Positions 1-17,603 of a DNA stretch of 64,000 nt are shown one piece after another. Position numbers and translations under genes: made by a program. The notes below the pieces were generated by a model. That model saw only the letters and a list, made by a program, of their open reading frames with translations. It had not been told where the DNA came from and made no database searches. The stretch comes from Eledone cirrhosa (taxonomy: Eukaryota), in NCBI GenBank assembly GCA_964016885.1, contig OZ024754.1, forward strand, positions 45,880,001 through 45,944,000. Reading direction: 5' to 3'. Positions within the stretch are counted from its first letter, which is position 1; the number at the start of each line of letters is the position of its first letter.

Positions 1-1419
1 AATTGCTGTATATAAGTGGTATAGAAAGGAAATATAACATAGTTAAGTGGGTCTATCAGCCCAGAAGAGTAGAAGTGCCTCTGGTAGCAGTAGAAGAGCA
101 TGTCTGTGGGCAAGATTCTTGAGTCTACTAACGAACTACTAAATGCCAATCAATGGTGCAGATATTTTTTTAAAGCAGTTTAGAATATTTGTATTATTTT
201 GGTCGACGTAACAATAGCATATCTTGTGACTCTCATTTGATGTGTAGTGAAACTGATATAAGCAGAGTTTACTGATTATATGTAAGAATTACATCTCTAT
301 AGAACTGAACAGTCAGCGTATCACTTGTATTGGTTTATATCGTGATAGATTCACACTTCTTATATTTCTTTCTTGAATGAAATGTGATGTTTTTACATCT
401 CACATTTCTCCATTTCTGAAATATCACTGATCACACATCTGTGAACAACTCACATAGTTCTTCTTAAGATATACACTCTGCTATACCATAAACTGTTACT
501 ATTCATACCTTCCTCACTAAATCACAAAACTACTAAATTTTCTTCGTCTTCTTACTCGTCTTCTTCTTTATCTTCTTCGCCCACTTATTCGAGGGGTCAG
601 AGTCCTCAAACTCTCCCTCCAGTGGGTCCTATCAGAAGCAACCGTCTCTGAATAATCTGGCTGGATATTCCAACCACATGTCCATAATACTGTGATCACA
701 TAAATTAATATATTGGCTCTATTAGCCATAGAAAGTTATGTATGATAAATAACTGAATATTAAACACCTACATCAATATAATATTATGTTCCTCGTATCA
801 AAAGGATGATTGATCTCATGACACAGGAAATCGTTCTTGGTTATTTGCTCTGATCAGGTCATTTGATGGATTATATTACCACCATGCTGGTAAAGTCTTC
901 ATATGGCGTATTTCTCTCGAAAGGCAATGAATAACTACGAGAAATACAAATTAGAAGATTCCCTTGGCTTGTCATGGGATTCACTCTCACTGCCACTGTT
1001 ACTCGTATCAATATTAAAGGGACATGTTAACAATTAACTCATTTATCAGATTTCTCTTCTTAGCGATATCTAAGTAAAATTTCAATAGATTCATATCTAC
1101 CAGAGACTTTCATTCTTATATTATGCACATGTGATTTTTCGCCTTCTAGATCTTCGGTAAAAGCAAGTTTATTGCATTTTATATTAGAAACGATTTTAAA
1201 ATCTCCGATAAAGAACCTTTCAAACTTTACCGTATAGAGTTCTATCCAGATTTGATGTCTTTGTTTGTAAGATACTTGTCAGACCTCCCCTGAATACCGT
1301 ACATCGATGAGGTGTTGTTGAGCATTTGTTTTTGGTATATCTTCCCCCTATTTTCTGTTGTCTTACTTTATATATAAACCACTTTCTCAATTTCACTTCT
1401 AAAGAGACACATACTTACC

Positions 1420-1562
1420 GAAGCTGACAAAGCTGGCCATTCGAACTATAAGTACAACTCATTTTTGCCAGTTGAGCGGACTGGAGCAACGTGAAATAAA
1501 ATGTCTTCCTCAAGGTCACAACGCACCGCCCCAAATACCCTAACCTAAACGCCACGCACCTT
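1420..1562 (-). mobile_element. CORE-type SINE fragment (possibly octopus OR-like)
   Basis: TGTCTTCCTCAAGGTCACAACGC resembles the CORE-SINE core on the reverse strand, with an A-box-like remnant near 1540-1562. Confidence 0.45.
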
Positions 1563-3499
1563 CACAGTGTCCCTGCTACATACGTAATAATGTAGTAACA
1601 TATTAATGTATTCAGACAGAAAGATATCACTCTGTCCATTAGCCAACATCCAGTCAGCCTCACTTTAAACATTATATATTGAAGACACCACGCAGTTAGT
1701 TTCTTTTTCTGTGTATTCTGTTATTAGTGTAATAGATTCAACTATTGTCAAACACGATACAGTACACTAGACTGGTTAAATACACACTCAAACTCAACAC
1801 GATACACTGAACTTACTAAATACATAATACACTCGTTCAAACAGCACTGAAGCACAGGACTGACTAAATACATAACACACCCATTCAAAGACTGTCCAAT
1901 GCATCTATTACTTATATAACCGTCATACATAAATTGTGTCTCTCTACCGACACTTCCAGTTCTTCCTGATGAGAAACTCTTCCTGGAAGTTCAGAAATAA
2001 CTAGGTTTTCCCTACAGACATCTATCTATAGGGGACCGAACTGAACATCAACTACATTGGTTTAACCAATTTTAATTTTTCACCTGACAAAACCAGGTGT
2101 GCCTCCCGTTCATCTATGAATAAGTCAGAAACAATAGCATAAGGTTTATAAATTATTGAGAAGTAAATGGTTGGCTTGAAATTGCTAACGTAGCAATATA
2201 TCAGTTGATTTTATCGTTCTATTATAAACATTGTCATGAATCGCCTGTATTTGTTTATTTAGAAAGAAGAGCTTGATATAGAAAAGTTAGATAAGAAATG
2301 TTGTGGAACTTTCTGGCACTAAACTATCAAGTCATTCATTGTGAATGTTATCGTTGTTTATTTCTCTGCCAGACATGCGCAAATCTCTTGGTTAAAATAT
2401 CTGTACACTTTTGAAAATGATATTCTTTATTCTCGCTACATCTGAAGATATTATAGTCTTCTATATATCATTGTCCAATACTTATAGAATGATTCAGTCC
2501 TTTAACATTTGGCTCTCAGATTTCCGTTTTTTTAGTTAAAAGCCAGTTGTTTTAGGATCAGCATTTTACCAAGTTGTTCCAACTGATCGATCAAAGGATT
2601 TCTATAGCTGTTGGTTTAATTTCATTTCCTTTAAAAGGTCTTTATTCTTTTCTTATCATGTCGGCTTTCGTCTGTGTTATCTTGTGTACTTACTGTTTAA
2701 CTGTTAAGCTTTATCTGGAATATATGTGTCCCCTAATGGGAAGACGGCAATAAACATAGTTCTATTATCTTCTATTCTATATGAATATATGTATGTAGGG
2801 GTGGCATGTGGTAGTTGTGGCGGGGGGTTGGGATAGAATTAACAATATTGTATCTAATCGTATTGATGATAAAAGCAGTGGACGTGGTACTCGTGCTAGT
2901 GGAGGTAGTACTAATGGCAGTGACATTAATGGTAACAGTATAATAATGGGGGGTGTCATGATAGTGGTGGTGGCGGTGGTGTAATTCTTCTTCTAAATGT
3001 TCTCTTCTTTTTCTTGGTGTTGCTAGGAGTAATAGTACTTCATATAGTGATAGTGGGAGGAGTGCTGTTGTAGGTAGTGATGGTGGGAGGAGTGTTGTTG
3101 TAGGTAGTGATGGTGGGAGGAGTGATGGTGGAGGTAGAGAAGGTGGGAGGTGTGATGGAGGGAGGAGTGATGGTGGGAGCAGTACTGTTGGAGGTAGAGA
3201 AAGAGTTATTGGCAGTTCTTCAATTAATAACCCATATTTAATCTAAAGGTTTATATTTATGACTACTTAGATGTGTAACCAGACAATATGTGTATGTGGG
3301 GTGGGGCGTATGTGTGTGAAAGTTCGTATTATATCTGTCTCGTATGGATTGTATTTATATGTATATATGTATGTGTGTGTTTAGCAAAGTATTTTTCTTT
3401 CTCGATCACTATGTCACATATGAATCGATCTTGCTAGTTAGCTACACGACTAGATATTAACTTTCTCTAGAATCATCTGATGGGTATTTCTGGGGTATG

Positions 3500-4085
3500 T
3501 ATTAGAACAGAGGTTCTATTAAACGGCCTGAACTTATTTATTGAGTTAACACCATCAAGATAATGCCTTGATCCATGTCTTTCTAACCTGGATTATTTAG
3601 ATGGTCTCCTTTCCATATCCTATATATGTAATGGGAGAGTTGGGTTAACTGGTATTTCCAGCAAGTCAATCTTGTGTAATTTATGTTCTTTAAACAGAAG
3701 AGACAGCCTACATGTATGTATGTAAAGTTGTGTTTGTACCAAATTTATTTATCATTTTATGTTACTTATCCATCTATTTATTCACATCTTTTTCTGTTTC
3801 CCTTTCCATATCAAAGCAATCTCCAGGATGTATTTTCGAACACAATTTATCATTCAATAGATTTACAAACACCATCCATGTTGCACCGTCCAATGACAAA
3901 CCAACTGTCAATTTTACTCTTAAGTGTTTGCATATGTGTATTTGAATGTGACATACATTGCAAGATTTCCTCCGGTCTTCCTGAATGCCACATTCGATGG
4001 CCATTATTTCAATCTTGTTTTGTGAAAGATAAATTATAAATCGCTTATCCCCACATCGACCAGTTGCCTATTGAATCGGCTGGAA
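3500..4085 (-). mobile_element. Degenerate RTE-like LINE ORF2 C-terminal fragment
   Basis: Minus-strand pieces LRVKLTV..SL, LAG..P and RRP..RKTWI, interrupted by stops and frameshifts. Confidence 0.45.
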
Positions 4086-5202
4086 ACATGTTGTCATTTG
4101 CTTCAGTGATTATTTTTCTCTCTTTTTAACTTTCAGATTATGCTACAGTTAAACAAACAAATGGGCAGAAAGAAAAGATTTTTCTTTCTCTGTCTGATCT
4201 CGGGAATAATAATTTGCGATCTAATCGTACTTCGGATTATCAAATTCAAAACAAAAAGAAAGTAGAGCTACATATGTTATTATTTCTAAAAGGTTAATTC
4301 TTCTCGTAAAACATACAAAGAGATTGTGTGCCATTATGCATTAATTTTGCAATATTAAATTCTGTAAGACATACAAGAGACTTGTATATGCGTGATTCCG
4401 GGCATATATTTATATGGATAAATTCCATACTGTAGATGCATATATATATATAATATGCGTATATATGTATTAATGCGTGAATATGTGTGTGTATGAGTGT
4501 ATATATGTTTGTATGTATGTATCTGAGCGTCGTGGATGAACATGCATTTCTTTGATATGACATTTCATGAACGCTTCTCCAACTTGACTGTACAAGACAT
4601 AACAATGTTGTCAACTGTGGTAATCATATACATATTCATAATGTAGCGTTCGTAGATGCCACAACGAATAATCAATAAAGATATAGAAAATATCTTCGTA
4701 AAAATGCTTCTGAAAAATGTGCCACAAACCTAAGTATAAGTGCGAAGTTAATAGAATACAATATAAGTTGATAATATGGCTCATGTTCAAATCTCTATGA
4801 ATCTTAAACATAGCAGAGACAGCCGGGAGTATTAAGGAAGGATTTAGTGAACATTGGAAAATGTGTGCTGTAAACGAACATACAACCCTTCTTTAGTATC
4901 ATGCACTAAATAACACAACGTTTCAGTCAATAAACTCAGTCTGGAGATAATATCTATATATATCTTTATGGTACAATCATACAACAAATAAGTGAATCAA
5001 ACTACATCTGAGAGAACAAACCTAGTCTTAATAGTACAACAGATTCAGATGACATAAATGCAACATACTCAACAAGTGAATTTTTTTCATTATTCGCTTA
5101 GGGAAGTTTGATATATAATCATTCCGGTATTCATATATATATATATATATCCAAACAATTCGATTGCAACATGCTCTACAGCTCTACAACTTTGAGTTAT
5201 AC

Positions 5203-5246
<44 letters not shown>

Positions 5247-5372
5247 ACATATGTGTGTGGGTGAGTCTGTGTGTGTGTGTAATTGTATGCATATGCATAT
5301 ATATTTTTTTGTATATGTATATGATGTAAGGTGTGCCTATATATGTGTGTGTGCCTATATATGTGTGTGTGT

Positions 5373-5437
<65 letters not shown>

Positions 5438-6008
5438 TGTCTGTGTGCGCGTGTCTGTGTGTCTGTGCATATATAAATATATGAATGAATATGCTATTAT
5501 GTGTGAATGTATGTATAGTTGTGTGCGCGGCTGTGTATATAAGTTGACAGCAATAATACATTTTGTTCACGTTCTCCACAAAGAGACAGAGGGGATTATT
5601 ACAATCCCTTCATTATTCTTTGTTCATATGATGATGTTAATGTTGTTGTTGTCGTTATGGTTGTTGTTGTTGTTCAATGCATGTATGTATATGTGTGTGG
5701 TGTGTGTATAAATATATATATATATATGCATGTATTGTATGTATTCTATGTTCATATGATGATGTAGCTATATAGTCTGATGTTAATATTGTTGTTTCGT
5801 TGTTGTAGTTTTTATCGTTTCTGTTTGTTTTTACTGGTCGTAAAACAAATATTACCAACTGTGTGATTGTAACATTAATCTTATATTTGTAAAAGATGGC
5901 CAACTGAATACGCTCGTGTGTGTGTGTGGGGGGGGGGGGTCTCATTTTTCATCCGTTCCTTTCTCTTATCGCTCTTTACTTTCTATTTATCTTCTATTTC
6001 TAACTGCA

Positions 6009-6044
6009 TCTTCTGATGAAGGACTAGTGTCCGAAACCTTAAGA
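6009..6044 (+). ncRNA. Minimal hammerhead-ribozyme-like motif (Penelope type, probably inactive)
   Basis: TCTT-CTGATGA-A-GGAC tagt GTCC-GAAAC-CTT-AAGA gives stem I TCTT/AAGA and stem II GGAC/GTCC. Stem III is imperfect. Confidence 0.5.
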
Positions 6045-6173
6045 CTTTCTTCCTGCTATTTCAAGCGATAAACTAATATAATAATCATCAGAAAAGCCTG
6101 AATAAAACAGTTCTAATCCTGTAAAACCCATTTTATATTAAACTTGTTATATATATGTGTGTGTATATATTTA

Positions 6174-6224
<51 letters not shown>

Positions 6225-6978
6225 CGGATTTTGGGGGTATGTCTTTACTGGACAATCTTTCTGTATCTCCATTGTGATCCCGTCTCTATTTGTAATACTG
6301 AAGAAGGCATTTAGCCCGAAACCCCGAACTGTCTTTCCTCTTTCCAATAAAACGCGTGAAAGACTTTTTGTACCTCTGTTTGTTCTCTTTCAAGTATATA
6401 TATATATATATATATATACATATATGCCACCAGACGAGGAAGGTAGATATAATGTTTGTCAGTGTAAATGTTTACTAGAGTACCTTTGTCTCTACGTCAT
6501 ATCACATACGATATCATGACCCTACTTTGTTTTCGTTCATTTCATTATTAAAAACCTATGAGTCACAAAACTAATTATTTCATTTTTTTATTGAAATAGA
6601 TACCATAATCGATTGTTTTAACACCAATTTCTACACTGCAGGTATCAGAGATAACATTAGCCCAGAATTCGTGATAGGAATTTATCCGGTTAGATATCAA
6701 AAAAATATCTTATACAACTTTTCATTTGATCTTTCACTATTTCAGTGGCAATAAGATAGAACGCTATCTGTAGGTTTTTACATTTAAATACTTCTTTTAT
6801 GTGTCTTGTTTTATATGTTTTACATATGTTGTTGCTGTTTTTTTTTGTTTTTTTTATACGTACACGTACAGACACACATGTATATATGTGTACTATACAT
6901 GCGATTTTAAGCATATATATGTGTGTGTGTGTATCTGTGTGAGTCTGTATGTATGTGTGTATACATACGTGTATATGC

Positions 6979-7012
<34 letters not shown>

Positions 7013-7539
7013 ATGTATATATATATGTATGTGGGTGTATGTATACATTCTAACTACCTATATATGCGGTTTGGTTGTAAATACATTAAGAAACGTTTGA
7101 ACATATACATGAATCCATGTGTATGTGTAAGTCTGTGGGGGTGTGTGCGCGTCTATATGTATGTGTGTCTATGCGCGTGTGTGTATGTGTGTGTGTGTGT
7201 AACATTAGTGACAAGGTAAGAACAACTCGAAAGACAAGGTAAACAAGTATAGTTAAGACCTTGATGCTTTGGAAAGTAAAATAGAATGATCTTTTGCCGT
7301 TCTTTCGAAAAAGAAAACGAGAAAAGAGGATATAGAAAAATATAGTTAGTCAAATATCACGTATCCGGTGTAGATGACGCCATATTGAAAACAAACGGTG
7401 AGGGTCAGATGGAAACAAATTCTTTTTAAAATAAATATTACAAGGGTGGAGAGATATATGAGCTAATATATATGACTATATGGAGTGTGGTACCTATTGT
7501 ATGTATGCAGTCATTTTGGGGACGTGTTTCTATAGGCAG

Positions 7540-7574
<35 letters not shown>

Positions 7575-7936
7575 CTCTTCCCCGCTACATACACACATAT
7601 ATATATATAAATAAATATATATATATATATGTGGGTGTGTCTGTATGTATGTGTGTCTGTGTGTTGGAGGTCTGAAATAGCGATGTATACATGAATGTAC
7701 GTATTGTATATTTATACTGTATGTTTATTTAAAAACCTTTTGAAGGCCTTTCTCTGTGGTGACTATAGTCACATACCTAGCTTCAGCAAAAGAAGGGGTA
7801 ATACCCGACGATTTCTCGCTGTTTAGTGGTTCTCGCTGTTTATTGTTATAAAAAGGATCTTTTTACAGTTGGAAGGATCATGCTGCTAATAAAAACACTT
7901 GCACTTATTGATTTTTACTTCAATTTATTATAAACT

Positions 7937-8090
7937 GGCATGAGTTAGACAGGTCCTTCTCAGCACAGCATCTCTCCACACGTGCCTATCCTTTGTCATC
8001 AGCTCTGTGAGTTTCAGAAATTTGAGCTGAGCTTTACAACCTCTGGCCAGGTCTTTCTGGGTCTACCACGACCTCCTTCCACTGGCATTT
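7937..8090 (-). mobile_element. RTE-type LINE 3' fragment
   Basis: The minus strand reads GRGRGRPRKTWPEVVK, then after a frameshift LMTKDRHVWRDAV, a typical RTE ORF C-terminus. Confidence 0.65.
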
Positions 8091-8095
8091 CCTCA

Positions 8096-8158
<63 letters not shown>

Positions 8159-8171
8159 GTGTGTATATAGA

Positions 8172-10282
<2,111 letters not shown>

Positions 10283-10974
10283 GCAACAACAACAGCAACA
10301 ACAACACCAGCAACAACAACAGCAACAGCGACAGCAACAGCAACAGCAACAACAACAACAGCAACAACAACAGCAACAACGACAGCAATAGCAACAACAG
10401 CAACAACAACAGCAGCAACAACAACAACAACAACGACGACAGCAACAACAACAACAACAACGACAGCGAAGAAGTATAACATTAAAGAGTGAAAAAGAGG
10501 TAAAGGTTGTTGATGATGATGATGATATTTTCAATGGAGAGAGACATGACAAATGATATTGTGATGAAGAAGAATGGCAAGAGAGGGGGGTATAGGAGGA
10601 GGGACGCGGATGGGGGGGGGGGAGACGCACTATCATCTTTTGATGATGATGAATAAGTGGAGAAAGAGGAGGATCACCATCAGCACAATGATCATCACCA
10701 TCATCACCACCATCACCACCATCACCACCATCATTATCATCATCATCATCACCATCATTATCATCATCACCATCACCACCATCATTATCATCATCATCAT
10801 CACCATCACCACCATCATTATCACTCTATTATTCATTCATTCATTTCGCTGAGGGTGATGTTCAGAATCGATTAACTAAGGATTAAAAATAGTCACGTGT
10901 TCTATCTTACACACTTGCGCTGTTCTCTGTCGATCAATAAGAAGTTCTTTCTTAAAAGAATTAACTATAAGAGC

Positions 10975-11018
<44 letters not shown>

Positions 11019-11354
11019 ATATAATGCTGTAATATGGTAATATATTACGTAACGTAAAACTGTCAACTATGAAGCTAATATTAAACTCAGAAACACTAGC
11101 TTATAATCTCTTCTATATAACATTCCAGAATAGGATTTATATTTTCTTTTGATCTTCTAACCAGAATACTATTCAAGCAAATTGTAATAAGAGATTTCAT
11201 CGGCTAGTCATGTCTGGAACATATGTTGTCGACGTGAATTTCATGCTGAGATATCGTTTAACATGGATTCCAAGCGCGGTGGAAAATCCTTATCGATTAA
11301 TGAATAAGGGGTATAAGATAATATATATAAATATATCCTATATATATATCATAT

Positions 11355-11424
<70 letters not shown>

Positions 11425-12309
11425 CATACATACATACATTTATAAATTATATATATGTGTGATCGTGAGTGTGTGTGTGAGTGTCTGTGTGTATGTGTGT
11501 GACTGTCTGTATGTGTGTGAGTATGTGTGTGTGCGTGAGTATTAATGAAATTTATGACTATTTTATTCTGTCTAGTCTGGCTTATTTGAATTTGAACAAA
11601 CTATCCAATTTATCAATCTATTGCTATATATAAATATATATATACATATATATATGTATACATATATATATTATACACATATATGTATTATACACATATA
11701 TATATATTATACACAGGAGAAAAATGATGTGTGATAGTAGTAATTCGTTATTTTGTTGTTGTTGTTGTTGTTGTTGTATGACAGATACCATTACAGAACA
11801 TAATTCTATTGAATGTACATTCATTAGCTTTTCTTGTGTTACCCAACTGAAGTCTCCCGAAGTAATAGAATGTCATCCTACCCAAGTAATTGATACCTGT
11901 AATATTCTGTGGCCCTAAACAAGGAAAGGATACTAACAATAGAATGTTGTCTTAGCCATGGAAATGTTTATATTTAAACCGTTGCTCACAATGAAAGGTT
12001 AAATGTAATTTCTCTATAACAATGATATTTACAAGTGTTCACCTTGTTAAAGGTATCGTGAGTAATTAGGTTTGTGTTTCCATATTACAACAGTTTTTCC
12101 TGTGATGAAAATGTCGAATCTTTTGTCCAAAGATTATTTCCTAATAATTCCTTTGCTTCAACACTATCGCATGAAACCCATTCAGTTTCATTTCTTTTGT
12201 TGTTCATCATTTAAAAGTGGAATGAGACGTTGTAAAATATAGTCCTATATATTCTAACTAAAACAATCTCGATCGTAGGGTTGCTCGGGCAGGGCAAAAA
12301 GGGAAACCT

Positions 12310-13397
12310 TTATCATCAAAAACATCATCATCACAACCATCATCATCATCACAACTATCATTATCATCATTATCATCTCAACTATTGTCATCATCAGCAT
12401 TATCATCATCAGCATCATCATCATCATCATTATCCTCATCATCAATATCATCATCATCATCACCATCAACTTGGTCTATAATTAAAACAAACAAATCTCA
12501 GCACTAGAAACAAACACAATTTAAACAAACAGTAACCACAACACCGACATTTTCTTCACCACTACCATTAACACTACCACCACTACCACCAACACTACCA
12601 CCACCACCACCACCAACTACAACAACAACAACCGCCAACACCACCACCACCACCTCTACCACCACCACCACCACCAACTACAACAACAACAACCACATTG
12701 ACAACTTAACAGAAAGATGTTATTATCAACAGTGACGGAACAAGCTGTCATCATCATTATCTTCATCATCGCCACCAACACCACCATCGTCGTAAAAGTC
12801 GGCATCACCATCACCACCATCACCATCACCACCATCACCATCATCGTCATAACATACAGCACTTTCTGTTTCTGCTACACAATTCTTCAAAATCTTCATG
12901 TTTCTCTTATTATTCTGGTACTAACTCTTCACCATTAACACCATCGTCACCATCTTCATCGTCATCACCATCACCATCATTATCATCATCATCATCACGA
13001 TCATCACCATATTCATCGTCATCATCATCACCATCATTATCATCATCACCATCATCACTAGTAGGTGCTGCTGCAATCAGCCTAACCATCAACATCATCA
13101 ACGTCACCATCATCACCATCATCACCATCATCACCATCACCACCACCCCCATCATCACTATCATCACCATCATCATTACCACCATCACCATCATCATTAC
13201 CATCACCATCATCACCATCACCATCATCATCACCATCATCACCATCACCATCATCATCACCATCACCATCATCACCATCGTCATCGTCATCACCACCACC
13301 ACCACCATCACCATCACCACCACCACCATCACCACCACCACCACCACCATCACCATCACCATCATCACTAGTAGGTGCTGCTGCAATCAGCCTAACC
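12310..13397. repeat. (CAT/CAC)n compound microsatellite with a 310-bp-period duplication
   Basis: The unique segment ACTAGTAGGTGCTGCTGCAATCAGCCTAACC occurs at 13057-13087 and 13367-13397. Confidence 0.8.
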
Positions 13398-13684
13398 GAA
13401 ATAAAGAAATGAATCGTTGTGTATTTTGATTAATGAAATGCACTTTTAATAAGACAACGATGTAAATATGAGAGGAAAGGAGGTGTGGAAGAGAAGGAGG
13501 AAGGACTTGGAGATGGAGGGGTAGAGAAAATAGGAGGGGAAGACGGGGGAGGCTGACGGCGAGAATTAGACGAGACGTGTGTCTAGAGAGGTGTGTGAAT
13601 ATATATGTGTATCAACACATACACACACACAGATAGACATACAAACACAGACACATTATATATATATATACAGTATATATACAA

Positions 13685-13728
<44 letters not shown>

Positions 13729-13963
13729 TTGTATATATACATATATACATACACATACATATATATATTTACATTCACATATATATATATATTAATATAT
13801 ATAGATACATATATATACAGTCACACACATATATATATATATATTAATATATACATTTATATATTAATATATACATATATATATATGAATATATATGTCC
13901 CAAGGCTCTGATACCATCAACACTATAAACACAGAGCTGGCATATCTAAGAACTGAGTAATGT

Positions 13964-14010
13964 CTGATGAGGTCATAGCCATTCAATGGCTATCAACGAA
14001 ATATATATAG
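13964..14010 (+). ncRNA. Hammerhead-ribozyme-like motif
   Basis: CTGATGA, then a stem II containing ATAGCCAT-tca-ATGGCTAT, then GAAA and TATATA. Confidence 0.45.
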
Positions 14011-14072
14011 CAGTAAATAAAGGATTATGAGTTCATGCAATTTACTTATGTTTCGTCACTATATATATATAT

Positions 14073-14290
14073 GAGAAAGTATGACCCCGACGGCAGAGCT
14101 CAAGCCGTTTCGAGGGCTATTTCTGGACTAAAGTCTTTAGTCCAGAATTTCTTTAGACCAGAAATAGCCGTCGAAACGGCTTAAGCTCTGCCGTCGGGTC
14201 ATACTTTCTCCTATTACCCACTCTACTACCCTAAGTATTGAGTACTCTGGTGTGTTATGGTCCATCTGGTTTCTTACCACAACTCCTTCG

Positions 14291-14292
<2 letters not shown>
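14073..14292 (+). mobile_element. (TA)n-embedded Penelope-like pLTR fragment with a 60-bp fold-back (further copies at 14820-14952 and 61336-61474)
   Basis: Three copies share GCTCTGCCGTCGGG...CCACTCTACTACCCTA...GGTCCATCTGGTT.CTTACCAC...CCTTCGT and all end in (TA)n. Inverted arms lie at 14073-14133 and 14151-14210. The Penelope assignment is inferred. Confidence 0.6.
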
Positions 14293-14376
<84 letters not shown>

Positions 14377-14413
14377 GCCTGTGTGTGTATGCATACAGAT
14401 ATATGCGTATATA

Positions 14414-14485
14414 CAAGGTGTCTCAAAAGTCATCCATTTTGAATATCAATAAAGACACCAAAATAGTAACTTTTAAGACACCCTG
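14414..14485. mobile_element. Tc1/mariner-type MITE (72 bp)
   Basis: Imperfect TIRs: CAAGGTGTCTCAAAAGT on the left and reverse complement CAGGGTGTCTTAAAAGT on the right. TA precedes the left end. Confidence 0.55.
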
Positions 14486-14994
14486 TGCCATAAAAAGATG
14501 GTAGTCACTTATAAGTTTCTCCATTGGTGGCTTTATTGTGTGACACATATAGATGTATCTATCTGTTGTATGTGTGTGTAAACAGGTACCTTCCACAGAT
14601 ATCACCAATACATGGAAATAGTAAACAGAACATCATATATATATGGGTGTTGTGTAGGTGTATTGGCAGCACAGTGGTCTGGATAAACAAAGTTGTGGGT
14701 TCGACTCCCATATACGTCAATATTCATCTTTTTCCATTTCCCAGAGGGTTTAAACCCCACTATCAGGTTAAAATTTCTTCAGTCAAATATACGACGAAAG
14801 CTTGTATTTCTATTTCCAAACTCGCTCTGTTTCAAAACAGAGCTCTGCCGTCGGGTCTTGAATATTTTCCTAATAGCCACTCTACTACCCTAAGCATTGA
14901 GGACTCTGGTGAGTTACGGTCCATCTGGTTCCTTACCACACTTCCTTCGTTATATATATATGTGTATATATATATATATGTATATGTATATATG

Positions 14995-15299
<305 letters not shown>

Positions 15300-15596
15300 G
15301 TTTATGTAGAGTGGACTGTATATTTTATGACTTTGTTCGTATTCTGTTGAACATTAATGACAGTAAGTTATAAAGGTGTGTTCTGGCAAAACAACATCAT
15401 CATCAAGGATAGCAGCAACAACAACATCAATGTAGATAACATAATCATATCAATTGCGAAAATGTCTGCCTGCTGTAATAAGGGAGTTGAACGTATATAC
15501 ATAAAAATAACAGCAAATCAGGAAATACAGCTGTTATGCTGAATTTAGATAGGGATTCATCCTTCATATCAATCATGTGACGAGAAACACTAAAAT

Positions 15597-15732
<136 letters not shown>

Positions 15733-16387
15733 ATTTTAAATCCGAAAATATTTGAGATCAATAAAATTGCTAAGGTAAAATTCTATCGTTCTCTCTCTTT
15801 TCACAGTCCTTTTATTCCATATAACTCCTATTACCTACCCACTTTTAATCTTGCTCGTATTGTCGTTGTGTGGGGTGGGATGTATTGTCCTTACATTCAC
15901 TTCACGCCAAGGAATCCGAGATAAGCACCAGTCTGATATGCCTAAGGACTCGAGACTTCAGAGAGAGATCTTAGATTGTATCAATTCAGTTACAGAACTT
16001 ATCAGACAAACAACAGTTACTATTAGATTGACGACTACTTCTATTTAATTGGGGTATTTTCAACTAATTTGAAGATGAGGGTCATGTCAATACTGTTATT
16101 CCAACTATAAATGAACAGACATATATATTAACACTGAAGTGTTCCACATTTTTCAAGTATTACAATAGAAATGTAATTATTCCAAGTAAAAATGAGCAGA
16201 AGAAAAGTACATAGCTTGGTGGCGTGTCAGAGATGACAATAGATAGTGAATGTCTATAGAGATAGAAATATAATGAAAATATACATGTACATAGATATAA
16301 AGCAACGTATCTACACATGCACTCAATCATTGAGAGATCACACACACATACACACGCATACACACACACACACACATACACACACAT

Positions 16388-16455
<68 letters not shown>

Positions 16456-16530
16456 ATGTGTATGTGTGTGTGTACATATACATATATATATATATATTTA
16501 CATAGAGGCAGAGCGTGACAGAGTGACATG

Positions 16531-16572
<42 letters not shown>

Positions 16573-16892
16573 GAGAGAGCGGGGGAGAGATGGGGACAGA
16601 CAGAGAAATAGAGAGAAGAGACAGTGGTTGATGGATATGTTTGTGCATGTGTTTTGTTCGTTGATATATACGTCCATTTAGAGACATGGCCTTATATATT
16701 GATAACCCTATTCAGAAGATGTGTCTGAGACAATGTTTTTAAAATATACATTCGTTCAACATTTTAATAACTCTACCTTTATATTTGCAGCTGTGCTTGT
16801 ATTTATTGCTTTAAAAAATATATATACATATGCTTTGCGTGTGTGTGTGTATGCGTGTATGTATATATATGTATATATATATATATAAGTCA

Positions 16893-16919
<27 letters not shown>

Positions 16920-16925
<6 letters not shown>

Positions 16926-17350
16926 CATATATATATAGTGAGACATATATCATATATATGTATCATATATATATATATATATAGACATATATCATATATA
17001 TATATCATATATATAGACATATATCATATATATATAATATATATATAGACATATATCATATATACATATATCATATATATAGACATATATCATATATATA
17101 TAATATATATATAGACATATATCATATATATATATCATATATCATATATATATCATATATATATATATAGACATATATCATATATATATATATATATCAT
17201 ATATATATAGACATATATCGTATATATAGACATGTATCATATATATATATCATATATATATATATCATATATATATAGACATAGATCATATATATATATA
17301 GATATATATCATATATATATAGAGATAGATATATATCATATATAATATAT
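16920..17350. repeat. AT-rich minisatellite built on ATATAGACATATATCAT
   Basis: The unit recurs about 10 times with variable TA spacers. Confidence 0.75.
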
Positions 17351-17603
17351 ATGGACTAGACGAAATGTCTTTAAATAATAACTGAAGTGAACTGTCAGTA
17401 GACTGTATATACGGAGTCTCATTGTAGTGATCTCGTTGGTAGTTCGAAGTTACGTCTGTTTATGAACTGGTTTTACCTTCGTTCGATCAGATATACTAAC
17501 AGGTGTGATACACCTTTATAACAATTTTATTAAAACATTTTAGAATAAATGAAAGCAGGAAATTGATATTGAAAATAATTTTTTTTTTTTTTTTTCATTT
17601 CAG

